Source: an uncultured Acidobacteriota bacterium (GTDB taxonomy: Bacteria > Acidobacteriota > Thermoanaerobaculia > Gp7-AA8). Taken from it: DNA of 64,000 nt. How positions within the stretch are numbered: position 1 is the stretch's first letter; every line of letters begins with the position of its first letter. The notes beneath the pieces were generated by a model. The model did no database searches. It was not told the DNA's origin and worked only from the letters and a program-made list of their open reading frames with translations. Shown one piece after another: positions 9,538 through 18,005 of the stretch. The stretch spans positions 640,001 through 704,000 of the forward strand of contig CAWGHO010000003.1 in the NCBI GenBank assembly GCA_963822445.1, read 5' to 3'. Both the position numbers and the translations under genes were made by a program.

Positions 9538-10179
9538 TCAGCGCAACCACTTCATCGAAACCCCCGCCTCCCCCCGAATCGCCACGGCGCCGCGGTAACC
9601 GCCGTCGAGCTCGAACGCGTGAACGCTGAGGCCCTGCAGCAACGCGAGCTCGGATTGGACGGGCACGAACCGGCCGACTTCCGGACGGACGACGAACGAG
9701 TCGAGGGCGTGCGCGAGTCCACGGCCGGTGGCTTTGATGACCGCTTCCTTCGCCGTCCAGATGGCGAGGAAGGTGGCCGGCACATCCTCCGCGATCTCCA
9801 CCGTGCGCCGTTCCTCGGGAGCGAAGAAGCGGTGGGCGAGCTCGCGCGCGTCCGAAACGGCTCGCGGGCCTTCGATGTCGACGCCGACCGGTTGCTGCGA
9901 AACGGCGAGCACGACGAGTTGGCCGGAGTGGCTGATGTTGAACTCCAGACCGCCGCCGGCGAGCGCGGGTTTCCCTTCGTCAGCGCGCGTGAAGCGCAGG
10001 TCACGCGGATCGTGCGATGAGTACTTCGCCAGCACTACCCGGCGGAGGTAACGGCTCATGGCCGCGCGTTTGCGGTCGTCCTCGAAGCGATAACGCGCCA
10101 CTTCCGCCGCTTCCTCGTCGTCGAGGAGCGAACCGTCGATGCGTGTGCCGATGTCGGCGAGCCAGAGATCGAGCATCAT
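9538..10179 (-). CDS. sfp: 4'-phosphopantetheinyl transferase, Sfp family
   Basis: GKP, FNISHSG, VGVDIE and WTAKEAVIKATGRGL motifs. Confidence 0.9.
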   Translation of the reverse strand: MMLDLWLADIGTRIDGSLLDDEEAAEVARYRFEDDRKRAAMSRYLRRVVLAKYSSHDPRDLRFTRADEGKPALAGGGLEFNISHSGQLVVLAVSQQPVGVDIEGPRAVSDARELAHRFFAPEERRTVEIAEDVPATFLAIWTAKEAVIKATGRGLAHALDSFVVRPEVGRFVPVQSELALLQGLSVHAFELDGGYRGAVAIRGEAGVSMKWLR

Positions 10180-10186
10180 TGCCAGT

Positions 10187-11266
10187 ATGAAACAAGCGCT
10201 GATCCTCCTGGTGCTCGTGGCCCTGGCGGTCTGGGTCGCGTCGTGGTTCTGGGCGGGGGACCAGGTCGACGCCGCGGCCGCACGGCCGTGGCCTCATGGA
10301 CTGGGAACGCTCGCCCGGGTTCCCGATCGGTATCCGCCGCAGCAAGAGAATGAAGCTGCGCGGAAGCTCACGAGTCTCACCGGCTCAATCGCCGAAAACG
10401 ACGCCGTCACCACGTACGTGCGAAAGGAGATCGCGAGCGGCGAGCTGACCATCGCCGAGCCGCCGGCGATCCCCGACCTCTCCGCGATCCGCGACCTGCT
10501 GCTGCGCGAGCCGATCGTCTGGAAGCGGCAGATCTCCGTCCAGCACGGCGGTCTTCTGGTGCGAGTCCCGATGTTCCTTTCGCTGACGCGAGCTCTGATC
10601 GCAAACGCGCTGGGCCGCGCGCGCCAGAACGACATCGCCGCGTGGGACGACCTGCACGCGGCGTGGAATCTGACGAAGTCGCTCGACGGACATCCGCATA
10701 TCGTGCTGCGCGTCGTCGCGATGGCGATGACCCGCACGATCAACGCCGTGGCGTGGAAGATGCCCCTTCCTGCGCCGGCGTGGTTCGCCGAGTTGCAGGA
10801 GCGCGAGCTCGTGCGGCCGCTGTTGGAGACGCTGCAGTTCGAGAACTGGCGGCAGTGGAAACATCATGTGTTCGCGCTGAAGCCGTTCGCGGAGCGGATC
10901 GAGCGCGAGCGCGCGCTCACCGCCGAGTTGGGGCGGATGACTGAATGCGAGTTCAAGCGCGTGACCGAGACCGGCGATCGCGGTGATCCTCTCTCCAGGC
11001 TCGACATCGGGTGGCGGCGATCCTTTCGCTACCGCGCCGAACGCGAGGCCACGGCGAACGCACTGCGCGCACGTGCCGGGCAGCCGATCGAAGCAGGCTC
11101 GCGCTGCAGCGACGGCACCTGGAGCTTCGACGGAAAGACGCTCCGGTTCGCGAAGCCGATCGCGTTACCGGAGAAGATCGACACGTCGATGCCGCTGACG
11201 TTGCAGGTGGGAGACGCCGTTCAGCGCGCCGTTCCTCCAACTGCGCGACTCCCGAAGCGGAGATAG
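10187..11266 (+). CDS. Hypothetical protein with N-terminal membrane anchor
   Basis: ATG 10187 followed by a hydrophobic N-terminus. The 3' end overlaps the convergent czcA-like gene. Confidence 0.6.
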   Translation: MKQALILLVLVALAVWVASWFWAGDQVDAAAARPWPHGLGTLARVPDRYPPQQENEAARKLTSLTGSIAENDAVTTYVRKEIASGELTIAEPPAIPDLSAIRDLLLREPIVWKRQISVQHGGLLVRVPMFLSLTRALIANALGRARQNDIAAWDDLHAAWNLTKSLDGHPHIVLRVVAMAMTRTINAVAWKMPLPAPAWFAELQERELVRPLLETLQFENWRQWKHHVFALKPFAERIERERALTAELGRMTECEFKRVTETGDRGDPLSRLDIGWRRSFRYRAEREATANALRARAGQPIEAGSRCSDGTWSFDGKTLRFAKPIALPEKIDTSMPLTLQVGDAVQRAVPPTARLPKRR

Positions 11267-14200
11267 AGCGCCGGCACGACGAACATGTTCAGGGCCGTCG
11301 AGGTCAACAGGCCGCAGAGGATGACGATGGCCATCGGCGTCTGAATCTCGCTGCCCGGCTTGCCGATCGCCAGCGCCAGCGGGATCAGTGCAAGTCCGGC
11401 CGAGAGCGCCGTCATCAGGATCGGCGAGAGCCGCTCCATAGCGCCCCGCTGCACTGCCTCGCGCACGTCCGTCACGCCTTCGTGGGTCATGAGGTGATGC
11501 GTGTGCGAGATGAGCATCAGGCCGTTGCGCGTGGCGATGCCGAAGAGGGTGATGAAGCCGATGATCGACGCGACGGAGAGCGTTCCTCCCGCGACGTAGA
11601 CGCCGGCGACGCCGCCGATCAGCGCGAGCGGCAGGTTGACCATGACCAGCGCCGCATCGCGCAGCGAGTCGAGCGCGATGTAGAGCAGCAGCAGGATTCC
11701 GGCGATGACGACGATGCCGAGGAGCACGAGACGGCGCGACGCTTCCGCTGCGCTCTCGAACTGGCCGCCGTATTCGATGTGATAGCCGGCCGGCAGCTTC
11801 ACCGTCGCCGCGACCTGATCGCGGATGTCCTCGACGACGCTGGAGAGATCGCGGCCGGCGACGTTCGACATGACGACCGCCTTCCGCTCGACGTTCTCGC
11901 GGCTGATCGTGTTCGGTCCCCGATCCTTCCGAACCTCGGCCAGCGCGGAAAGCGGAATCTGTGCGCCGCCTGGCGTGGCGATGCGCGTGGCGCGGATCGT
12001 CTCGAGATCGCCGGTCGCCGCCGCTTCGTAGCGCACGACGAGATCGAATGCGGCGCGTCCTTCGAGGATGCGCGAGACCTCGTGCCCGGCGAAGGCCGTC
12101 TCGATCGCTTCGGCAACGTCGGTGATCTGCAACCCGTACCGGGCGATGGCCGCGCGATCGAACTTCACGGTGAGGAAGGGGATGTCCGGCTGCTGTTCGA
12201 GCGACACGTCGGCCGCGCCTTCGACCGCCGTCACGACGTTCTTCACCTGCTCGCCGAGCTTGCGCAGCGTCGCCAGATCGTCGCCGAAGATCTTCACGGC
12301 GATGTTCGCGCGCGTGCCGGAGAGCATGTGGTCGATGCGATGCGAGATCGGCTGGCCGATGGTGATGTTCGTTCCCGGCACGGCCGACAGCTTGCGCCGC
12401 AGATCGGCCAGAAATTCGTCCTTGCCGCGATCCTTCATCTTCAGGCTGACCTCCATTTCGGAGGCGTTGACGTCCTGCGCGTGCTCGTCGAGCTCCGCAC
12501 GGCCGGTGCGCCGGGCCGTGGCCACGACTTCCGGCTCGCCGAGGAGGATTTCCTCGGTCATTCGTCCGAGGCGGTCTGAGGTTTCGAGCGACGTTCCGGG
12601 AAGGGTGACGAGGTTGATGGTGAGCGTGCCTTCGTTGAAGTCGGGGAGGAACGCGCGGCCCGCGAACGCGAGCGCGACGCCGGCGATCGCGAGCGCGGAG
12701 ACGGAGACAGCCGTGATCAGCTTCCAGCGATGCAGCACGCGGCCGAGCAGCGGCGCGTAGCGCGATTTCAGCCAGTGCACGACACGGCTTTCCTCCGGCA
12801 GCGCGCGCGGCAGGAGAAGCGAGCAGAGCGCCGGCGTGACCGTCAGCGCGACGACGAGCGACGCGGCGAGCGACACGATGTAGGCGAAGCCGAGCGGCCG
12901 AAGCAGGCGGCCTTCGATGCCGGTGAGGAAAAACAGGGGCAGGAAGACGAGCACGATGATGACCGTCGCAAAGACGATCGACCCCCGCACTTCGCGGCTC
13001 GCTTCAAACACGACCTCGAGAACATTTCTGCTTTCTGCCTTCTGCTTTCTGCTTTCGCGCAGCCGGCGCACGACGTTCTCGACGTCGATGATCGCGTCGT
13101 CCACGAGCGCGCCGACGGCGATGGCCATGCCGCCGAGGGTCATCGTGTTGATGGTGATGCCGAACAGCTTCATGGCCAGGATGGCCGTCACCAGCGACAG
13201 CGGGATGGCGAGCACGGTGATCCCGGTCGCGCGCGCGCTCATGAGGAAGATGAAGACGATGGCAATGACGAGGATCGCGCCGTCGCGCAGTGCGGCGACG
13301 ACGTTCCGTACGGCGATCTCGATGAAGTCCGACTGCCGGAAGATGTGGCTGTTGATCTTCATGCCGGCCGGCAACGACTTCTGGATGTCGGCCATCACCA
13401 CGTCGAGCTGCCGCGTGAGCTGGAGCGTGTTCGCGGCCGGTTGCTTCTGGATGCCGAGAATGACCGCGGGCTTGGCGTTGTGCGAACCCTCGCCTCGTTT
13501 CAGAGCAGCGCCGATCTGCACGGTTGCCACATCGCGGACGAGGATCGGCTGGCCGCCGCGCTCGACGATGACGGTCGCGCCGATGTCGTCGGGAGTGGTG
13601 ATGCGGCCCACGCCATGAATCAGATACTCCTGACCGCCTTCGCGGTAGAAGCCTGCCGATGTGTTCTCGTTGCTCTCGCGAAGCGCGCGGATCACGTCAT
13701 CCACGCCGAGCGTGAATGCGGCCAGACGGTCGGGCCGCACGATCACCTGGTACTGCTTCGTCTCGCCGCCGGTGGGGATGACCTGAGACACGCCCGGCAC
13801 CGCGAGCAGGCGGCGACGCACGGTCCAGTCGGCGACCGTTTTCAGCTCCATCGGCGTGTGCTGGTTCGAGGTGAGGGCGATGAACATGATCTCGCCCATG
13901 ATCGAAGAGACCGGCGCGAGCACGGGCGGCGGCATGTCCGGCGGCAGCGTCGATTGCGCGAGCTGGAGTTTCTCGCTCACGACCTGGCGGGCCTGGTAGA
14001 TGTCCGTGCCCCATTCGAACTCGACCCAGATCACGGCGATGCCGACGCCCGTGGACGAGCGCACGCGCCGGACGCCCGATGCCCCATTCAGCGCCGTCTC
14101 GACGGGAAAGGTGATCTGCGTCTCGACTTCCTGCGGCGCCATGCCATGCGCTTCGGCGACGACGGTCACCGTTGGCGCGGTGAGATCGGGGAACACGTCC

Positions 14201-14307
14201 ACCGGCATCTTCACCGCTTCGTACGTACCCCACGCCAGGAGCAGCGCCGCCGTGACGATCACGATGAGACGGTTGTTGAGAGACCACTGGATGATGTTGT
14301 CGATCAT
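11221..14307 (-). CDS. czcA: Heavy-metal efflux RND permease, CusA/CzcA family
   Basis: 1028 aa; DVFPDL, GALVDDAIIDVEN and ERLSPILMTAL motifs. Confidence 0.93.
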   Translation of the reverse strand: MIDNIIQWSLNNRLIVIVTAALLLAWGTYEAVKMPVDVFPDLTAPTVTVVAEAHGMAPQEVETQITFPVETALNGASGVRRVRSSTGVGIAVIWVEFEWGTDIYQARQVVSEKLQLAQSTLPPDMPPPVLAPVSSIMGEIMFIALTSNQHTPMELKTVADWTVRRRLLAVPGVSQVIPTGGETKQYQVIVRPDRLAAFTLGVDDVIRALRESNENTSAGFYREGGQEYLIHGVGRITTPDDIGATVIVERGGQPILVRDVATVQIGAALKRGEGSHNAKPAVILGIQKQPAANTLQLTRQLDVVMADIQKSLPAGMKINSHIFRQSDFIEIAVRNVVAALRDGAILVIAIVFIFLMSARATGITVLAIPLSLVTAILAMKLFGITINTMTLGGMAIAVGALVDDAIIDVENVVRRLRESRKQKAESRNVLEVVFEASREVRGSIVFATVIIVLVFLPLFFLTGIEGRLLRPLGFAYIVSLAASLVVALTVTPALCSLLLPRALPEESRVVHWLKSRYAPLLGRVLHRWKLITAVSVSALAIAGVALAFAGRAFLPDFNEGTLTINLVTLPGTSLETSDRLGRMTEEILLGEPEVVATARRTGRAELDEHAQDVNASEMEVSLKMKDRGKDEFLADLRRKLSAVPGTNITIGQPISHRIDHMLSGTRANIAVKIFGDDLATLRKLGEQVKNVVTAVEGAADVSLEQQPDIPFLTVKFDRAAIARYGLQITDVAEAIETAFAGHEVSRILEGRAAFDLVVRYEAAATGDLETIRATRIATPGGAQIPLSALAEVRKDRGPNTISRENVERKAVVMSNVAGRDLSSVVEDIRDQVAATVKLPAGYHIEYGGQFESAAEASRRLVLLGIVVIAGILLLLYIALDSLRDAALVMVNLPLALIGGVAGVYVAGGTLSVASIIGFITLFGIATRNGLMLISHTHHLMTHEGVTDVREAVQRGAMERLSPILMTALSAGLALIPLALAIGKPGSEIQTPMAIVILCGLLTSTALNMFVVPALYLRFGSRAVGGTAR
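13025..13056. repeat. (YTTCTGC)x4.5 heptamer tract inside czcA
   Basis: Encodes ESRKQKAESR in the loop after VENVVRRLR. Confidence 0.9.
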
Positions 14308-14309
14308 TT

Positions 14310-14341
14310 GAAGGCAGAAAGCAGAAGGCAGAAGGCAGAAG
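14310..14341. repeat. (GCAGAAR)n heptamer arm of the inverted repeat around the four-helix-bundle gene
   Basis: 14310-14340 is the exact reverse complement of 14706-14736 (31 bp). Confidence 0.95.
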
Positions 14342-14358
14342 TGCCTTTTGCCAGACGG

Positions 14359-14703
14359 CTACTGCCTCCTCCATTTCTTGATGAGTGTTACGAAGATCGC
14401 AATCAGCTCTTCGGTCTCGCGCATCAGCGGCTCGATGCGGTCGGTCGGGAAAACGTCAGCCCCAATGAGCAACTCCAGCCAATAGAGCGTCTCCTCGAGT
14501 TCCATCAGGCCGCTGTTGAGTTTCGCGACGTACTCCGCTTTCGAGCGGGCACGCAGCGCCTCGCGAAAATGCGCGCCGGGTGATGTTCCAGATCGGAGCA
14601 ACTGCTTACCGATGACCGCCGCGACCTGGTCGCGCGGCAGTGCCGAGTACAGCCTGATGATCCGCAGCGAATACTCCCGAGTCCGATCCACAAGCGTGCT
14701 CAT
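14359..14703 (-). CDS. Four-helix-bundle protein (23S rRNA intervening-sequence protein family, TIGR02436-like)
   Basis: 114 aa; KQLLRSGTSPGAHFREA..RSKAEY..ELEETLYWLELL signature. Confidence 0.9.
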   Translation of the reverse strand: MSTLVDRTREYSLRIIRLYSALPRDQVAAVIGKQLLRSGTSPGAHFREALRARSKAEYVAKLNSGLMELEETLYWLELLIGADVFPTDRIEPLMRETEELIAIFVTLIKKWRRQ

Positions 14704-14704
14704 A

Positions 14705-14742
14705 TTTCTGCCTTCTGCCTTCTGCTTTCTGCCTTCTGCCTT
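14705..14742. repeat. (YTTCTGC)x5 heptamer arm of the inverted repeat around the four-helix-bundle gene
   Basis: Fills the space between the czcB stop codon and the four-helix-bundle ATG. Confidence 0.95.
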
Positions 14743-16325
14743 TAATGCGCGTGTCCATGCGCAGGCACAGCCCCCGATGCCGCCTGCAGACGGATGTTGT
14801 AGGCGCCGCGCGTCACGACGCGATCGCCAGGTTTGAGTCCTTCGACGATCTGCACGCGATCGCCCTGGCGCGTGCCGAGCTTCAGCGGGCGGCGCTCGAA
14901 CAGCTCGCCTTCCAGCTCGACGTAGGCGACCGGTTGGCCGTCCTCATCGACGACCGCGGACAGGGGAATGACGATGCCGCGGACCGTCGTCGCGGTGAAG
15001 ACCTGCGCGCGCACGAACATGCCCGACTTGAGCTGCCGCGACGCATTCAGCACTTCGAAAATGAGCGCGACCGTGCGGGTCTGCGGGTTCACCACGCCGC
15101 CTGTTCCGATGACGCGGCCGCCGCCGCGCGGGCTCACTTCAAACGGAGTGGGGAAGCCTTCCGGCTGGAACCAGACGCTGTCGGAGCTCTGCACCTGACC
15201 GATCTGTCCTTCCGGGATCTGCAGCTCGAGCCAGAGGCGCGAGAGATCGACGACATGGAACAGCTCGCGCCCTTCCTCGATGAACTCGCCCGGAGCAACG
15301 GTCACGGCCACGATCGTTCCGGCGACCGGCGAGCGCACCTCGAACCGTCCGGCCGATTGGCCGCCGGTCGCGCTCTGCGTGCCGCGGTACTGAGCGAGCC
15401 GGCTCTGCGCGGCCCGCAGGTCCGCGCGCGCCGCTTCCTCCTGCCGCCGCGCATCGAGGACGCGACGCTCCGGCACCGCTTCCTGCGCGAAGAGTCCTTC
15501 GAGCCGCTTTCGCTCCGCTTCTGCCTGCCGGACGGCGATCTCCGCGCGCTGCGCGTCGAGGTTGAGCGATGCCGGATCGACGTCGCTGGGAACGCGCGGC
15601 GCGATCACGCCGAGGACCTGATTGCGTGCGACGTTCATCCCGACCTGTGGATACGTGCCGCGGGCGAGGAACCGGCCGCCCGCGGGCGCTCCCACGCGCG
15701 CCTCGCCATCCGGCCGCGGACGAAGCACGCCATTCGCCGCGACGGAGCCGCGCACTTCGCCTTCCACGACGGGCGCGGTGGCGAACTCCGTCTTCCACTG
15801 TTGTTCTTTGAGGTAGACGATCCCGCCGGATTCCTCTTCCGATTTCGGCGCCGCTGCGATCGCCGCCTGCTCGGACTCGAAGACGGTCACCAGGCCGAGG
15901 TCGTGGCGCGAGACCGCGCCGTCGAAAGCGATCTCGAAGACGAGCCGCCGCTGCCCCGCATGCTGCGGTTTCGCGATCGGCCGGAAGATGCCGGGAACGC
16001 TCGGCGCGTTCGCGCTGAATCGTTCCTCGGCCGCGCCGCCTTCGCTGAGGATCGCCGTCACCGTTCCCGTTGCGAGCGGCTTGAAGTCGGACAGGCGCGT
16101 GACGTGCGCGGCGAACGGCGACTCCGCACCCTTCGCCAAGGCGTCAAACTCCACGAACAGCTCCGTTTTGTCCGTGAAGTGCGTGTAGGTGAGGGCCTCG
16201 CGTTCGGGGGCTTCGGCGCGTTCTTCGTGGCGGCACGCCGCGGAAAGCAGAAGGCAACACGAAAGCAGAAGGCAGAAGGCAGAAAGCAGAAGTGCTCCGC
16301 CGGCTGCACGCTTAGTTCGTTTCAT
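14742..16325 (-). CDS. czcB: RND efflux periplasmic adaptor (CzcB-like membrane fusion protein), probable lipoprotein
   Basis: VRSPVAGTI, LKSGMFV and VEGLKPGDRVV motifs; His-rich tail AHGHAH; LSAAC lipobox-like motif. Start ATG 16325 inferred. Confidence 0.88.
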   Translation of the reverse strand: MKRTKRAAGGALLLSAFCLLLSCCLLLSAACRHEERAEAPEREALTYTHFTDKTELFVEFDALAKGAESPFAAHVTRLSDFKPLATGTVTAILSEGGAAEERFSANAPSVPGIFRPIAKPQHAGQRRLVFEIAFDGAVSRHDLGLVTVFESEQAAIAAAPKSEEESGGIVYLKEQQWKTEFATAPVVEGEVRGSVAANGVLRPRPDGEARVGAPAGGRFLARGTYPQVGMNVARNQVLGVIAPRVPSDVDPASLNLDAQRAEIAVRQAEAERKRLEGLFAQEAVPERRVLDARRQEEAARADLRAAQSRLAQYRGTQSATGGQSAGRFEVRSPVAGTIVAVTVAPGEFIEEGRELFHVVDLSRLWLELQIPEGQIGQVQSSDSVWFQPEGFPTPFEVSPRGGGRVIGTGGVVNPQTRTVALIFEVLNASRQLKSGMFVRAQVFTATTVRGIVIPLSAVVDEDGQPVAYVELEGELFERRPLKLGTRQGDRVQIVEGLKPGDRVVTRGAYNIRLQAASGAVPAHGHAH

Positions 16326-16370
16326 GATCCGGTCCCCCATTTCTGCTTTCTGCCTTCTGCATTCTGATTT
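16243..16370. repeat. Heptamer inverted repeat spanning the czcC/czcB junction
   Basis: GCAGAAR tract at 16243-16292 and YTTCTGC tract at 16340-16370. 16272-16291 is the exact reverse complement of 16341-16360. Confidence 0.9.
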
Positions 16371-17565
16371 CCGGCGCGGCCAACGCACGGAATAGCTCGA
16401 TTTCGGCAGCGCGCGCGCGGCCTTCGAGATCGGCGGCTTCAAGCTCCGCATCCAGCGCCGTCCGGTGGGCGTCGAGCAGTTCGAGGATGCCGACCTCGCC
16501 CGCGCGATAGGCCGCTTCGGCAGTGCCAGTCAGACGTTCAGAGGTGGGCAGGGCCTGCTCGCGGAAGAGGCGCGCGGCATGGCGCAACTCGCGCGCTTCC
16601 GCCGCGAGGGCGCCGGCTTCGGCGCGTGCACGCGTGACGAGGAGCGTGCGTTGCGCGGTCAGGATCGCCAGCTCCGCGTTCGCGCGCAGCAGCTCGTCCT
16701 GATTGCGATTGAAGATCGGCAGACTGAGGCTCGCGCCGAGAATCGCGCCGCTTGCCGCATCGGTGTTCTTCATGCCGGCCGTCAGATCGAAGAGCGGCAC
16801 GCGCCAGCGCTGGGCGGCCTGCTGGTCGAGCGTCGCCGCTTCGATCCGTTTGGCGATGGCCGCGACGTCGGGGCGCTGTTCGATGCGCGCGGTCAGCTCC
16901 GCGTCCGTCGGAATCTCCGGTGCGTCCGGTCGCTGCAACGTCACACCTTCCAGCCGTTCGATGCCGAGAAGTCCGGCGAGTCTTCGTTGGGCCGCGACGA
17001 GCGCGCCGCGCTCCGCCGCAAGGCGCGCTTCCGCACCGATGCGCTCGCGTTCGAGACGGCGGCGGTCGTATCCCGAGACCTCGCCGCCGGCTTGCAGACG
17101 CGCCACAGTTTCCGCCGCTGCGCCGATCTTGGTCGACCATTCCGTCAGCGCGCGCACCAGTTCCTGTTGATTCGCCGCGCGGCTGAATTCCGATCGGACG
17201 ACGTGTGCCAGGTCGAGTTGTTGCCCGGCGACCTCCTGCTGCACTGCCTCGACGCGCAGCTCGGCTGCGCGTCGCCGCAACGCCCGGCGGCCGGAGACGT
17301 CGAACGACTGCGAGAGCGTCAGAAACTGTTCGGTCTCGCCGGCGCTTTCGCGCGTGTAGTCGAGCGTCGGATTCGGCCAGCGGCGTTCGCGCCCCACGTC
17401 ACTGCGCGCGAGATCGAGCTGCGCCGTGCTGAGTGCAACGACGCTCTGCGCGCCGCTGGCAATGCGCACGGCATCGTCTTCGGTGAGTACGTTCGGGATC
17501 GTCTGCGCGCGTGCTGCCGTCGCGGAAACCAGCAGGCCGATGATGAGGAATCGTTGAAAACGCAA
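16312..17565 (-). CDS. czcC: TolC-family outer-membrane factor (CzcC-like)
   Basis: WPNP, SLPIFNRNQ and AYRAGEVGILELLDA motifs; TTG start with AGGAG upstream. Confidence 0.88.
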   Translation of the reverse strand: MRFQRFLIIGLLVSATAARAQTIPNVLTEDDAVRIASGAQSVVALSTAQLDLARSDVGRERRWPNPTLDYTRESAGETEQFLTLSQSFDVSGRRALRRRAAELRVEAVQQEVAGQQLDLAHVVRSEFSRAANQQELVRALTEWSTKIGAAAETVARLQAGGEVSGYDRRRLERERIGAEARLAAERGALVAAQRRLAGLLGIERLEGVTLQRPDAPEIPTDAELTARIEQRPDVAAIAKRIEAATLDQQAAQRWRVPLFDLTAGMKNTDAASGAILGASLSLPIFNRNQDELLRANAELAILTAQRTLLVTRARAEAGALAAEARELRHAARLFREQALPTSERLTGTAEAAYRAGEVGILELLDAHRTALDAELEAADLEGRARAAEIELFRALAAPEIRMQKAESRNGGPDHETN

Positions 17566-17619
17566 AGTCCACTCCTGTCGCGGAAACGCGGATCGTGAGA
17601 ACGCGTTGCGAGGAGCGGC

Positions 17620-17970
17620 TTAGATCAAGAAGGTCGCGAGAAGAGGTTGCAGGCCGACGTCGTCATCGATGCGAAGCGCGCCGTGCGCGAGGACGTTGCG
17701 CTCGCCGGCCACGATCGCCGGCGAGATGGTTGCCTGCGGTGCCGTCGCCGCGACGACCGGAAGAGCCGCGCGCACGACTCGCAGTGCAGCAGGCGAGGAG
17801 GCACCGACGATCGGGTGCTCGTGATCGGCGTGCTCGCTCTCGACCATCGCAATGTCGGCGTGATTGTCGTGATGACCGTGCAGGTCGTGCAGAACGACGT
17901 GCATCGCCACCGGCGCGCCCAGGAGGGCCAGGACGATGACGGCGAAGAAGCGTGTGGTCGAGCGAGGCAT
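17620..17970 (-). CDS. Small secreted His-rich protein upstream of czcC
   Basis: Hydrophobic N-terminus followed by HVVLHDLHGHHDNH..EHADHEH. Confidence 0.6.
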   Translation of the reverse strand: MPRSTTRFFAVIVLALLGAPVAMHVVLHDLHGHHDNHADIAMVESEHADHEHPIVGASSPAALRVVRAALPVVAATAPQATISPAIVAGERNVLAHGALRIDDDVGLQPLLATFLI

Positions 17971-18005
17971 CGAAAGCGGTCGGCCGTGGGAGTATATCCG
18001 GCGCC

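Noticed and set aside
14359-14703. Diversity-generating retroelement (Avd-like gene)
   Set aside because: No reverse transcriptase and no TR/VR pair with adenine-specific mismatches were seen.
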